In this document: in pieces, positions 37,088 through 45,987 of the stretch
Position numbering within the stretch: the stretch's first letter is position 1
How the letters are laid out: every line of letters begins with the position of its first letter
DNA from: Minisyncoccota bacterium
GTDB lineage: Bacteria; Patescibacteriota; Minisyncoccia; Phycocordibacterales; UBA9973
DNA: 52,013 nucleotides
NCBI GenBank assembly: GCA_041666225.1
Contig: JBAYHJ010000006.1
Span: 1 to 52,013, forward strand
Direction of reading: 5' to 3'
The notes under the pieces: model-generated
What the model was told of the DNA's origin: nothing
The model's input: the letters and a program-made list of their open reading frames with translations, nothing else
The model's database searches: none
Translations under genes and position numbers: made by a program

Positions 37088-37250
37088 GTTAAGCGGAAAC
37101 AAGTAAATGAACTGTTTCATTTGCGTGTGCGATCAGTAGATCGTACCGAGAGGAAGATTCGAAAGATTTTTCTGTGTTTTGTTTACAAAACTATAAAAGT
37201 ACCTGACTATGTAATAGCCGAAAGTATATTCACGGTCGCACTGTTTAAAA
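37088..37250 (+). ncRNA. Candidate structured tRNA-trailer element (copy S), homologous to 48252-48410
   Basis: Lies between two terminators and has no ORF. Hairpin AAATGAA-ctgt-TTCATTT (37105-37122), AGGAAG...TTTTCTGT (37151-37175) and CACGGTCG (37231-37238) recur in the same order after tRNA-Arg(GCG). Confidence 0.3.
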
Positions 37251-37252
37251 AT

Positions 37253-37287
37253 AAAAAGCTCAGATAAATTGTATCTAAGCTTTTTTT
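37253..37287. terminator. Bidirectional intrinsic terminator (serves the purM-like gene on the minus strand)
   Basis: AAAAAGCTCAGATA...TATCTAAGCTTTTTTT imperfect hairpin flanked by A and T runs. Confidence 0.6.
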
Positions 37288-37307
37288 ATTTACCTCAATA
37301 TTATATA

Positions 37308-38402
37308 TCATCTAACCGCCAAAGTTTCGGCTTCAAAAACAATATTTTTGGGCTCAATTATTACTCTTTTTACGGGGAATTTCTCAACATACCCGGCAAC
37401 AAAACTTTTAAAACGTGGACTTGTTGGGAGTTTTTCAACATCTTTTTGTGAGATGTACAAAACAAAACCTGCCCCCATATTAAGATTTCCATATGCTTCC
37501 TCATCTGACACTGGGCCAAATTCCTGAATAAAATCGAAAATTGGTAACTGTGTCGGTAGTTGTTGAATTACATAAGAAAAAAGTTGATTAGCCCGCATAA
37601 ATTTTCTCCACCCATGTCCGGTAATGTTAACACTGTAATGAATATCAATTCCACAATGAACACACTCTTCAATAAAATCACAATAAATGTGAGTTGGGTC
37701 GAGGAGCGTCTCACCATAAGTTCTCTCGTCTGGAAGTAAAGACTCGTATCCATGAAAAATTTTACCAGCAATTTTTCTTGCAAGAGATAAACCGTTTGCA
37801 TGAATACCAGAAGATTCAAGAATAACTATTACATCTCCATCTGTTATTTTAGAAGGATTAATGTTGCTCCTACAAATACCCACTGCAGATCCAGACAATA
37901 ATGAAGCCCCTGGAACAATAATGTCTTTTAGTGTTGGTGTTTCTCCTCCAGACCAAATGCACCCTGCTAAATCACAAGCATCTCCCCATCCTTTGATGAG
38001 GCTATGTACTCGCTTTTCATCATCAAACCAACTCGAGTCTTCTACAGCTAAATGCATCGCAATTGTTGCTGGAAAAATTCCCAAAGTAATCGCATCATTA
38101 ACAATCATAGCAACTGTATCTTGAGCAATTTTGTCATAATATGACTTACCTGTGATTTTTGCCATTGCATCAGCAACAAGATTTTTAGTACCCAATCCTT
38201 CTTCTACATGGCCAAGATAATGACCACCCAGATTTGATAAAAAAACACTCTCTCCACGAGTCCATTCCAAAGAAGTAATGCCTAGTCTTTCGGCGTTCTG
38301 AGAAGTTAAACTTGCCCTTTTTTGACAAGCAATTTTAAACGGGTCCATGCTTTCATAATTGACGCCAGCCCCTGCATAAGTCATTTGTTTTTCTTCTGAC
38401 AT
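37308..38402 (-). CDS. PurM/AIR-synthase-superfamily protein
   Basis: 364 aa. GLGTKNLVA corresponds to the PurM DGVGTK motif, with the two-domain ATP-grasp-like PurM N and C layout. No other purine biosynthesis genes are in the window. Confidence 0.6.
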   Translation of the reverse strand: MSEEKQMTYAGAGVNYESMDPFKIACQKRASLTSQNAERLGITSLEWTRGESVFLSNLGGHYLGHVEEGLGTKNLVADAMAKITGKSYYDKIAQDTVAMIVNDAITLGIFPATIAMHLAVEDSSWFDDEKRVHSLIKGWGDACDLAGCIWSGGETPTLKDIIVPGASLLSGSAVGICRSNINPSKITDGDVIVILESSGIHANGLSLARKIAGKIFHGYESLLPDERTYGETLLDPTHIYCDFIEECVHCGIDIHYSVNITGHGWRKFMRANQLFSYVIQQLPTQLPIFDFIQEFGPVSDEEAYGNLNMGAGFVLYISQKDVEKLPTSPRFKSFVAGYVEKFPVKRVIIEPKNIVFEAETLAVR

Positions 38403-38542
38403 AATTTTATCTTTTTAGAGGTTCAAAATATATGTTTTGCCTTAATATTACATAAAAAATACCAAAATACAAGTTTAAGAAAGTTGTTTTTCAGTGCATA
38501 ACTATCTTGTTTTCTTCCTTTTGTTCGCGGTAAAATATATAC

Positions 38543-39160
38543 ATGTTAGATAAAGTTTTATTAAATTGGGAACCATATACACTAAAAGAAGATAATCTTC
38601 CCTGTCTAATAACATATGGTAAACATATGGGCGGTTCTCATTTATCTATTGTTCTTATCGCAAACTTATTTTTACAAGGCTCAAAGATTTTATTCCTTAC
38701 CGCTTATCCTATGGCTCGTGATAATTTTTTAAACCAAATAGAAGAAGATACCTCTAGGGTCGCCTTCGTTGATTCACTAGAAAGTTTAGAAGAATCACTA
38801 GACAAAGATGCCATAATAATAGAAAGTGGAAATGCTACATTATTTCTAAATGCAATTAAATTAATTCCTGATTTAGATGAAAGAGTAATATTTGTAAAAA
38901 ATATTGAAATATTTAATGAAGAAATATTTAACACTTGTCTTGAAAATCAAAAAGTAATTTTATCTGGTGACATAGATGAATGTAATTTTAAAAATAATAT
39001 ATCTATTGAAAAATTTTATACTATTATTGCTTTCAATCAACCAGAAACTCCAATCAGAATAGAGATTCCTAAATTAGAAATGTGGTCAAGCTATCTAAAG
39101 AATGATAAACAAAGTGGTATTCTTACTCTTCATGACGAGCAGAATAGACGTACTCCATAA
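38543..39160 (+). CDS. Hypothetical protein
   Basis: 205-aa ORF with TAAAAT 6 nt before ATG. No motif recognised. Confidence 0.4.
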   Translation: MLDKVLLNWEPYTLKEDNLPCLITYGKHMGGSHLSIVLIANLFLQGSKILFLTAYPMARDNFLNQIEEDTSRVAFVDSLESLEESLDKDAIIIESGNATLFLNAIKLIPDLDERVIFVKNIEIFNEEIFNTCLENQKVILSGDIDECNFKNNISIEKFYTIIAFNQPETPIRIEIPKLEMWSSYLKNDKQSGILTLHDEQNRRTP

Positions 39161-39176
39161 TAAAACAAGTGGGGTT

Positions 39177-40055
39177 TTATTTTTCTTTATCTTTCTTATT
39201 TGGTAAAGCAAGGATTTTATTGACACTATCTATAAGACTTTTTATTTTCTTATTAACATCTTCTAAGTTCGTCCTTTCTTCGTTTTTTACACTTTCCTTA
39301 TTATCTAGTATTGTATCTACAAGCCATGATATTCCTGTCAGAGGCGCCCGCAAGTCATGAGTTGCTATTGAAATTAAATCTTCTTTTAATTTTAAATATT
39401 TTTCTTCTTTTTTGCGTAAAATAAATCCAATAATTATAAGTAATAAAACAAAAAAAGTAGAAATAATTGGTATCAAAGTGTAAGTATAAACATTTTCAAA
39501 ATATTTACTTGAGCTCATATCAACACCCATAACTGCAATAACCTTTTCACCATCTACAATAGGGACTAGAGCCGTAAGCCAACTACCCCACCTATCTTCA
39601 TTAAATTCTATAGCTGAAGGTAACTCTCGAAGTAAGACTTGTTTTTCGACTTGAGTTGCTTCTTCGTATATCTGCCCAGGAGGTGAGTAATCAACAGAGG
39701 AAGATGTTTCTGAGTCAACCATAAAGTAAATTTTATCTTCACGATATCCCCAAAAATAAATAAATCGAACATTTTCATTTAGCCTTCTAATTTTTTCTAA
39801 TTTATTTTTTAAAGATATATAATAAGTATTTTTTAAATCAGATTCTGTCCCAGTTAGACTTTTAAAATCACTTGGGTCAAAAGCCCCTGCAACAGAAGAT
39901 ATATTTACCAATAGATTTTTTTTCGCATTATAAGAGACTGATCTATATGTCCAAACAGTCGCTACAATTCCAGTTATCAAGACTACAACTATAATAGTAG
40001 TGTAATACCAAGAAAATAATTTATTTGAAGGTTTGTTGTTCATTTTTTGTATCAT
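39177..40055 (-). CDS. Sensor histidine kinase fragment: two TM helices, an extracytoplasmic domain and a DHp H-box, but no ATPase domain
   Basis: 292 aa. The H-box ATHDLRAPLTGISW is present, the ORF ends about 50 aa later, and a convergent gene ends 17 nt away, leaving no room for a HATPase_c domain. Confidence 0.65.
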   Translation of the reverse strand: MIQKMNNKPSNKLFSWYYTTIIVVVLITGIVATVWTYRSVSYNAKKNLLVNISSVAGAFDPSDFKSLTGTESDLKNTYYISLKNKLEKIRRLNENVRFIYFWGYREDKIYFMVDSETSSSVDYSPPGQIYEEATQVEKQVLLRELPSAIEFNEDRWGSWLTALVPIVDGEKVIAVMGVDMSSSKYFENVYTYTLIPIISTFFVLLLIIIGFILRKKEEKYLKLKEDLISIATHDLRAPLTGISWLVDTILDNKESVKNEERTNLEDVNKKIKSLIDSVNKILALPNKKDKEK

Positions 40056-40440
40056 TAAAATGAAGTAATTCTTTTACTTTCACTAGAATTTGTTTGGGAT
40101 TTACTTTTGATTTTAGAAGATAAAGTGATGGGTGGTTATCTACAATTCCTTTCAAAACTCTCTCATTTGTATCAAAGTTGGTAAGTAATATTATTGGAAC
40201 TTTTTCACCCCATGGACCTGATTTGCGTATCTCATCAAGTATAACTATCCCATCAACATCTTTCATCTCAATATCAGTAATAATCAAATCTGGTTCTTGA
40301 TTTAATGCTTCTACTAAACCAGTATTCCCATTGTTGGCAGTAATAACATCAAATCCATCAGGAGTAAAAACCGCCCTCAATGATTTTAAAATCATATCAT
40401 CGTCGTCAATCAATAAAATTTTCTTGTTTCGTAAATCCAT
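40021..40440 (-). CDS. Stand-alone response-regulator receiver domain (CheY-like)
   Basis: 139 aa with ILLIDDDD, DLIITDIEM (phospho-acceptor Asp) and PIILLTN...K. Confidence 0.85.
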   Translation of the reverse strand: MDLRNKKILLIDDDDMILKSLRAVFTPDGFDVITANNGNTGLVEALNQEPDLIITDIEMKDVDGIVILDEIRKSGPWGEKVPIILLTNFDTNERVLKGIVDNHPSLYLLKSKVNPKQILVKVKELLHFNDTKNEQQTFK

Positions 40441-40478
40441 ATAGAAATTATAGCACTTTTTAAAATAAAGATGTATTC

Positions 40479-40886
40479 CTAATCAAAATTAATTAGAAAA
40501 CTATACATCCCCATTCCACACACTCCCCTTATTGGCTCTCCTGCTTTGGGAGTTCCAAGATCAATAATTTCTTCTCCTGTCTTTGGAAGAATTTTTTGAT
40601 AACCAACCGAGCCTATCCGAAGGGCAGCCGAACAGTCATACGTGCCATTTGTTTTTACAATCAATTTAGTTGGGATTCCAGCTTTAGCAGAAGATAATTT
40701 TGGTGAATATCCACCCTTGGCATCAATTGTAATATATTGGATGCCATCTTTTATTTCAGAATTTTGAACTGAATTCTCTGAAGTATCATCTATCTTTGTA
40801 TTATTAACTTTTGATCCGCCAAGAAAAATGATACCGACACCAATAATAAGACCTAAGGTTATTATGATTAATGCTGTTTTATTCAT
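40479..40886 (-). CDS. Small secreted/anchored cupredoxin-like domain protein
   Basis: 135 aa with an N-terminal TM or signal segment, then a beta-rich domain with Cys/Met (CSAALRIG, GVCGMGMY). The family is commonly paired with HMA-DsbD_2 membrane proteins. Confidence 0.45.
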   Translation of the reverse strand: MNKTALIIITLGLIIGVGIIFLGGSKVNNTKIDDTSENSVQNSEIKDGIQYITIDAKGGYSPKLSSAKAGIPTKLIVKTNGTYDCSAALRIGSVGYQKILPKTGEEIIDLGTPKAGEPIRGVCGMGMYSFLINFD

Positions 40887-40888
40887 AA

Positions 40889-41902
40889 TTATAAATTAAA
40901 TAAAGGATTAATAAAGCCTACTCCTGCAAGACCTGACAGAAGAGCAAATATACCAAGTCCAATCACAACAACTCCTGCTGATTTGAAAAAAAGAGGTGCA
41001 TATTTTGATTGAGCAAATGACACTGATCCAAATGATAATAATGCTAAGACTGGTAGTGTCCCCAGGGCAAATGAAAACATAATGAGTAAACCTTGCACAA
41101 AAGAACCACTAGAAAGAGCCGAGATCTGCATTGATTGAGTGAAGCCACAAGGAAGAAAAAAAGTTCCGATTCCAATCAATAGTGGAGCAAAGGTTGCATG
41201 TTCTACTTTTCGAAAAAAAGAAAATATATTACTTGGAAGTGTTATTTTATTTTTCTCAAATACTCCAACTAAATTAAGACCAAGTAATATCATAACTGTT
41301 GAAGCTAAAAGCCCAAGTATGGCAGAAAACAAAAAATTTATTCCAATTGCTTCACCAATTAATCCTAAAATTCCACCTAGTATAGCGAACCCTAATAATC
41401 GCCCAAAATGAAAAAGTATAAATGGCTTTTTGGTTGATCCACCATCTTGAGTAACCTTTGCGGAAAGTGACAAGACTAATCCTCCAACAATCGCCAAACA
41501 ACTAGAAAGTGAGGCAATAATTCCAATTATAAAACTTGTGATCGGGGTCGTTTGACTTCCAATCCCAAGATTCAAAATTCCTGATTTTTGTAAAAGAAAA
41601 AATAATATTAGAAATATAAGACCAATAGGTATCGCTTTCCAAATAACACTATTCGCCTCAGTTTCTTTAACTATTTTTTCAACTGATAGAGTATAACCGT
41701 TTGTTTTTATTTTCTCTGTTAAAGACATTGCGATTTCTTCTAAACTTTTATCACTATCTGTTTCTATCTCGACAAGTTCTTTTTTTAAATCAACTTTTAC
41801 CATTTTAATAAATTCTTGTTCACCCAATATATCTTCTATCAATATTTTACACGATGCACAATGTGTTCCATTTACATGAAATGTATGTTTTGTATTTTCC
41901 AT
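40889..41902 (-). CDS. HMA (heavy-metal-associated) domain fused to a DsbD_2/CcdA-like membrane domain
   Basis: 337 aa. HVNGTHCASCKILIEDIL is the HMA CxxC motif, followed by about six TM helices with conserved Cys residues (SSCLAIVGG, FLPCGFT). Confidence 0.65.
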   Translation of the reverse strand: MENTKHTFHVNGTHCASCKILIEDILGEQEFIKMVKVDLKKELVEIETDSDKSLEEIAMSLTEKIKTNGYTLSVEKIVKETEANSVIWKAIPIGLIFLILFFLLQKSGILNLGIGSQTTPITSFIIGIIASLSSCLAIVGGLVLSLSAKVTQDGGSTKKPFILFHFGRLLGFAILGGILGLIGEAIGINFLFSAILGLLASTVMILLGLNLVGVFEKNKITLPSNIFSFFRKVEHATFAPLLIGIGTFFLPCGFTQSMQISALSSGSFVQGLLIMFSFALGTLPVLALLSFGSVSFAQSKYAPLFFKSAGVVVIGLGIFALLSGLAGVGFINPLFNL

Positions 41903-41904
41903 AA

Positions 41905-44220
41905 TTATAGTTTTTTAGTTTTTAATCTAAGTGAATTTCCGACGACAGAAACACTTGATAATGCCATGGCCATACCTGCAAAAATTGGATTAAGGACTAT
42001 CCCCCATATAGGATAGAGAAGTCCAGCAGCAATAGGAATACCAATAATATTATATATGAATGCCCAAAAAAGATTTTGTTTAATAGTTCTCATTGTTGCC
42101 TTAGATAAATCAATTGCTTGTGAAATCTTATGGATGTCTCCATGAAGAAGAGCAATACCAGCAGATTCAATGGCGATATCAGAACCAGTTGCCATAGCAA
42201 TACCAACATTGGCCTGTACTAGTGCAGGAGCGTCATTTATGCCATCTCCAGCCATTGCCACGACTTTGCCTTCCTTTTGAAGAGATTCAATTTTTCCAGC
42301 CTTCTCATGGGGTAATACTTCTGAAATCACGTCATCAATACCCACTTGTTTGGCTATATACAAAGCAGCTAAATGATTATCTCCTGTTAGCATTATTACT
42401 TTTATTCCCCTTCTGTGAAGTTTAGCAATTGCTTCTTTAGCTCCGTTTTTGATCGTATCGCTAAGTGCAATAAGCCCAACTTTTTTACCATCCACTTCCA
42501 CCACTACTACCGTCTTACCTTCACCTTGTAATTTTTTCAAATTTTCACCTAAATCATTTACCTCTGGTTTATGAACGTAAATATTTTTCTTATCAAGAAT
42601 TGCTCTCACTCCTACTCCTTCAAGAGCAACAAAATCTGTTGCGTTTCCAAGAATAATATTTTTTGAAATAGCGCTTTCTGCTATTGATTGGGCAAGAGGA
42701 TGTTCAGATAATTTCTCCACACTTCCAGCTATTTTCAATATATCTAATTCGGAAAATATTTTATCGAGGATAACAACATTAGTAACTTCCGGTTTTCCTT
42801 TTGTGATAGTTCCGGTTTTATCGAGAACTATTGTGTCTACTTTACTTAATAATTCTAAACTCTCAGCATCCTTAATTAATATTCCATGTTCTGCCCCTTT
42901 ACCTACGCCAACAATAATAGCTGTCGGTGTCGCAAGTCCAAGAGCACAAGGACAAGCAATAACCAATATTCCAACAAAAGATAATATTCCATATGAGATA
43001 GCTAAAGATGATCCTATTATTGGAATACCAACAAAAATCCAAACAAGAAAAGAAAGCAGCGCAATGACCAAGACAACAGGAACAAAGACTGAAGAAATTT
43101 TATCCGCCATTGCCTGAATTGGAGCACGTGAACCCTGGGCCTCTTCTACCATTCTGATTATTTGAGCAAGCATTGTCTCTCCCCCAACTTTTGTAGCTTC
43201 AAATTGGAAACTACCTTGTTTGTTAATTGTTGCCCCAATAACTATATCCCCTACTTTTTTATCAACAGGAATTGATTCACCGGTTATCATAGATTCATCA
43301 ATAGAAGTTTGACCTTCGGTTATTTTTCCATCAACAGGAATTTTCATTCCAGGTTTTACAATTACAATGTCACCAATAACTACTTCATTAATAGAAATTT
43401 CTACTTCTTTTCCATCTCGTATTACCAACGCTGTTTTAGCTTGAAGTTCTAATAATTTTTCAATAGCTTCTCCGGTTTTTTGTTTTGATCGTGCTTCAAG
43501 ATATTTACCCAGGGTAATAAAACCGATTACCACAATTACCACATCAAAATAAGTATATTCTGGTAGTTTCATGACTATTTTAATCTGTGGAAAAAGAGTA
43601 ATAACAGTACTGTAAATATAGGCAGTAAGGGTTCCTATCCCTATGAGTGTATCCATATTTGCAACTCTATATTTTATAAACCTAACAACTCCAGAGATAA
43701 ATGGTTTACCTATCCAAAAAATAACAATCGTTGAAAGAATCATTGAAATAATATTCAGTAATTCCATTTGAATTGGTAAATTAGGAATAAATAAAAAAGT
43801 TTTAGAAAGAATATCCCACATCATAATTAAAAATATAAATAGCGCTAGAGGTAAAACAAATTGTGTTTTATTTTTTTGCTCAGATAATTCTTTTTCTTTA
43901 TCATTTTTAGATAAAGACAACCCTAAATGTTCACTATGATCTACCCCAGACATGTGAGCATTCTCTTCTTGTATCATATTGGACATACCACTTTCTTTTG
44001 ATATATCAGTTCCATCTAAAATGGTATATCCTAATTTTTCTATTTCATTATTCATTTTTTCTAAATTAACTTTGTCCATATCGAAATCAATATTTGCTTT
44101 TTCTGTCGCAAAATTAACATCAATATTTTTAATTCCATCTAGTTTTGATAGTTTTTTGCTTATTATCAGAGAACAACTAGCACAATGCATCCCTTTAATT
44201 TTAAATATTTTATTTGCCAT
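41905..44220 (-). CDS. copA: Copper-translocating P1B-type ATPase
   Basis: 771 aa. N-terminal [16 protein letters not shown] motif ([12 protein letters not shown]), DKTGTIT phosphorylation site, GDGINDAP hinge. Confidence 0.95.
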   Translation of the reverse strand: MANKIFKIKGMHCASCSLIISKKLSKLDGIKNIDVNFATEKANIDFDMDKVNLEKMNNEIEKLGYTILDGTDISKESGMSNMIQEENAHMSGVDHSEHLGLSLSKNDKEKELSEQKNKTQFVLPLALFIFLIMMWDILSKTFLFIPNLPIQMELLNIISMILSTIVIFWIGKPFISGVVRFIKYRVANMDTLIGIGTLTAYIYSTVITLFPQIKIVMKLPEYTYFDVVIVVIGFITLGKYLEARSKQKTGEAIEKLLELQAKTALVIRDGKEVEISINEVVIGDIVIVKPGMKIPVDGKITEGQTSIDESMITGESIPVDKKVGDIVIGATINKQGSFQFEATKVGGETMLAQIIRMVEEAQGSRAPIQAMADKISSVFVPVVLVIALLSFLVWIFVGIPIIGSSLAISYGILSFVGILVIACPCALGLATPTAIIVGVGKGAEHGILIKDAESLELLSKVDTIVLDKTGTITKGKPEVTNVVILDKIFSELDILKIAGSVEKLSEHPLAQSIAESAISKNIILGNATDFVALEGVGVRAILDKKNIYVHKPEVNDLGENLKKLQGEGKTVVVVEVDGKKVGLIALSDTIKNGAKEAIAKLHRRGIKVIMLTGDNHLAALYIAKQVGIDDVISEVLPHEKAGKIESLQKEGKVVAMAGDGINDAPALVQANVGIAMATGSDIAIESAGIALLHGDIHKISQAIDLSKATMRTIKQNLFWAFIYNIIGIPIAAGLLYPIWGIVLNPIFAGMAMALSSVSVVGNSLRLKTKKL

Positions 44221-44225
44221 ATATT

Positions 44226-44786
44226 TTAAATATTATACCAAGTCGTTCTCCACCCCTTGAGTATTTCACCACTCTCGGTTAGGAACTTATCGACGGCATT
44301 AGCATTATTTAATATTTCACTTCGACTTGATTTTGTCTTTATATCAGTTGTCATGACAAGTCCATTTTGATGGTGAGTTATTAAAGCATTAAGAAACCTC
44401 AAATCAAAAGTATCATCATAACTCCCAAGGTTCGGAATTACTGGATCTGAAACTTTTTTGGAATCACCATATAAACTCTTTTTCCAGGTATAAAGTTCGG
44501 CAATTGCAGTTGGTTCGTTTTTTTGTATTTCTTTTGCAAGATTTTGTACTTCGAGCCTTTGACTTTTTTCAGCTTGTTTAGCAAGAAGAATTGCCCCGTT
44601 GTGGTGTGCAATCATTGCATTAATATATCTTAAATCTACCCACTTATCAGCTTGGCCGAGGTCCATACTATTTTTGTCATACATAGATAAAGAGTACTGA
44701 GAGGTAAATGAATACCCTGCTCCTATACCAACAATAAAACTGATTACTATTAATGATACTGCGAGATATGTTGAGATTTTATTCAT
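44226..44786 (-). CDS. DUF305-domain protein (copper-resistance associated)
   Basis: 186 aa with a signal/TM N-terminus and two repeats of (F/Y)(L/I)NAMI.HH..(A/G), typical of DUF305. Confidence 0.7.
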   Translation of the reverse strand: MNKISTYLAVSLIVISFIVGIGAGYSFTSQYSLSMYDKNSMDLGQADKWVDLRYINAMIAHHNGAILLAKQAEKSQRLEVQNLAKEIQKNEPTAIAELYTWKKSLYGDSKKVSDPVIPNLGSYDDTFDLRFLNALITHHQNGLVMTTDIKTKSSRSEILNNANAVDKFLTESGEILKGWRTTWYNI

Positions 44787-44813
44787 ATAATTATTTAAAT
44801 TAAAATTAATAAA

Positions 44814-45074
44814 TTACTTTCTTTTAAGACCATAAACTTTTAATATTTCGGCTGTGGCTTTTTGGGTTTGCCCTTTCTGAATTTGATGAACCAAACAAGT
44901 ACCTAAATGTCCTTCCATAAGAACATCTTCTACTCCTGAAAGAGCCTGCTTAACAGCAGAAGTTTGAGTGATTATATCTATACAATAAATATCACCCTCT
45001 ACCATCTCTTGTAATCCACGAACTTGACCTTCTATAATTTTTAATCGACGTATTAATTTTTGTTTATTATTCAT
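44814..45074 (-). CDS. csoR: CsoR/RcnR-family metal-sensing transcriptional repressor
   Basis: 86 aa with RLKIIEGQVRGLQEMVE and the C...H...C ligand pattern (YCIDI..., GHLGTCLVH). Confidence 0.85.
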   Translation of the reverse strand: MNNKQKLIRRLKIIEGQVRGLQEMVEGDIYCIDIITQTSAVKQALSGVEDVLMEGHLGTCLVHQIQKGQTQKATAEILKVYGLKRK

Positions 45075-45085
45075 ATTTATTCAAT

Positions 45086-45106
45086 ATATACCCCCGGGGG
45101 GTATAT
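45086..45106. promoter_or_regulatory. CsoR-type operator: 21-bp palindrome ATATACCCCC-G-GGGGGTATAT
   Basis: Perfect inverted repeat with a G/C tract flanked by AT, 12-32 nt upstream of the csoR start. It resembles known CsoR operators (TACCC..GGGTA type). Confidence 0.7.
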
Positions 45107-45160
45107 GTCAATATCCCCTATCACTATGCATTTACATATATTTAATGTTAAAATATAAAA

Positions 45161-45436
45161 ATGGAATCAATTTTAAAGGCAGATATATTCTTTTTTATCA
45201 CTTCAATTTCGGTCGTTGTCTTTACATTATTTCTTTTAGTTGCTCTTTTTTATTTTATAAAGATATTGAGAAACTTTTATAAAATATCTTCAATTTTAAG
45301 AAACTATGCAGAAGATACAGAAAGTGAATTGAGAGAAATGGGTGAGCATATTAGGCAAAGTAGTATTTTTACTTTTCTTTTTGGAAAAGAAAAAATTAAA
45401 AAAGAACCAGAAAGACGTTCGAAAAAAGTTATTTAG
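45161..45436 (+). CDS. Small membrane protein, unknown function
   Basis: 91 aa with one TM helix (FFFITSISVVVFTLFLLVALFYFI). TAAAAT lies 6 nt before ATG. Confidence 0.4.
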   Translation: MESILKADIFFFITSISVVVFTLFLLVALFYFIKILRNFYKISSILRNYAEDTESELREMGEHIRQSSIFTFLFGKEKIKKEPERRSKKVI

Positions 45437-45561
45437 TGGTTTTTATTATTAAAAAAATACTTGTCCCGTTAGAAAAATAGTGGGGCATTATTATAATCAT
45501 AGTTATTTACTTTTATATATAAATTCATAATATATGTAAGAATAGTATAATTTCTAATGGG

Positions 45562-45930
45562 ATGGCAAAAAAAGTAGAGAATAAAAAGGGAGTTAGTGCA
45601 AAGACAATTATTGGTATAGGAGCAGGTATAGCAGCAGCTACTGCCGCAGCCTATGTTTTATTTGGTCCAGAAGGCAAGAGGAATCGTAAAATAATCCGCG
45701 GGTGGTCTGTAAAAATGAAAGGTGAAATTATTGAAAAGTTTGAAAATGCTAAAGAATTAACAGAGCCCGTTTATCATGAAATCATCGACAATGTTCAAGC
45801 TAAATACGCAAAATTAAAAAATGTTGATCAAGAAGATTTAAATAAAGTTGTAGCAGAAATAAAGAAACATTGGAACGTCCTAAAAAAAGAAGCTATGGGT
45901 AAAAAAACAAAAACTTCAAAAAAGAAATAA
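45562..45930 (+). CDS. YtxH-like small protein
   Basis: 122 aa with a glycine/alanine-rich helix IIGIGAGIAAATAAAYVLFGPEGKRNR and a charged C-terminus. Confidence 0.45.
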   Translation: MAKKVENKKGVSAKTIIGIGAGIAAATAAAYVLFGPEGKRNRKIIRGWSVKMKGEIIEKFENAKELTEPVYHEIIDNVQAKYAKLKNVDQEDLNKVVAEIKKHWNVLKKEAMGKKTKTSKKK

Positions 45931-45942
45931 TATATCAGGCAT

Positions 45943-45972
45943 AAAAAATCCTCCCTCATGGAGGATTTTTTA
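45943..45972 (+). terminator. Intrinsic terminator
   Basis: AAAAAATCCTCC-ctcat-GGAGGATTTTTT. Confidence 0.75.
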
Positions 45973-45987
45973 TGCTATTATATTTAA

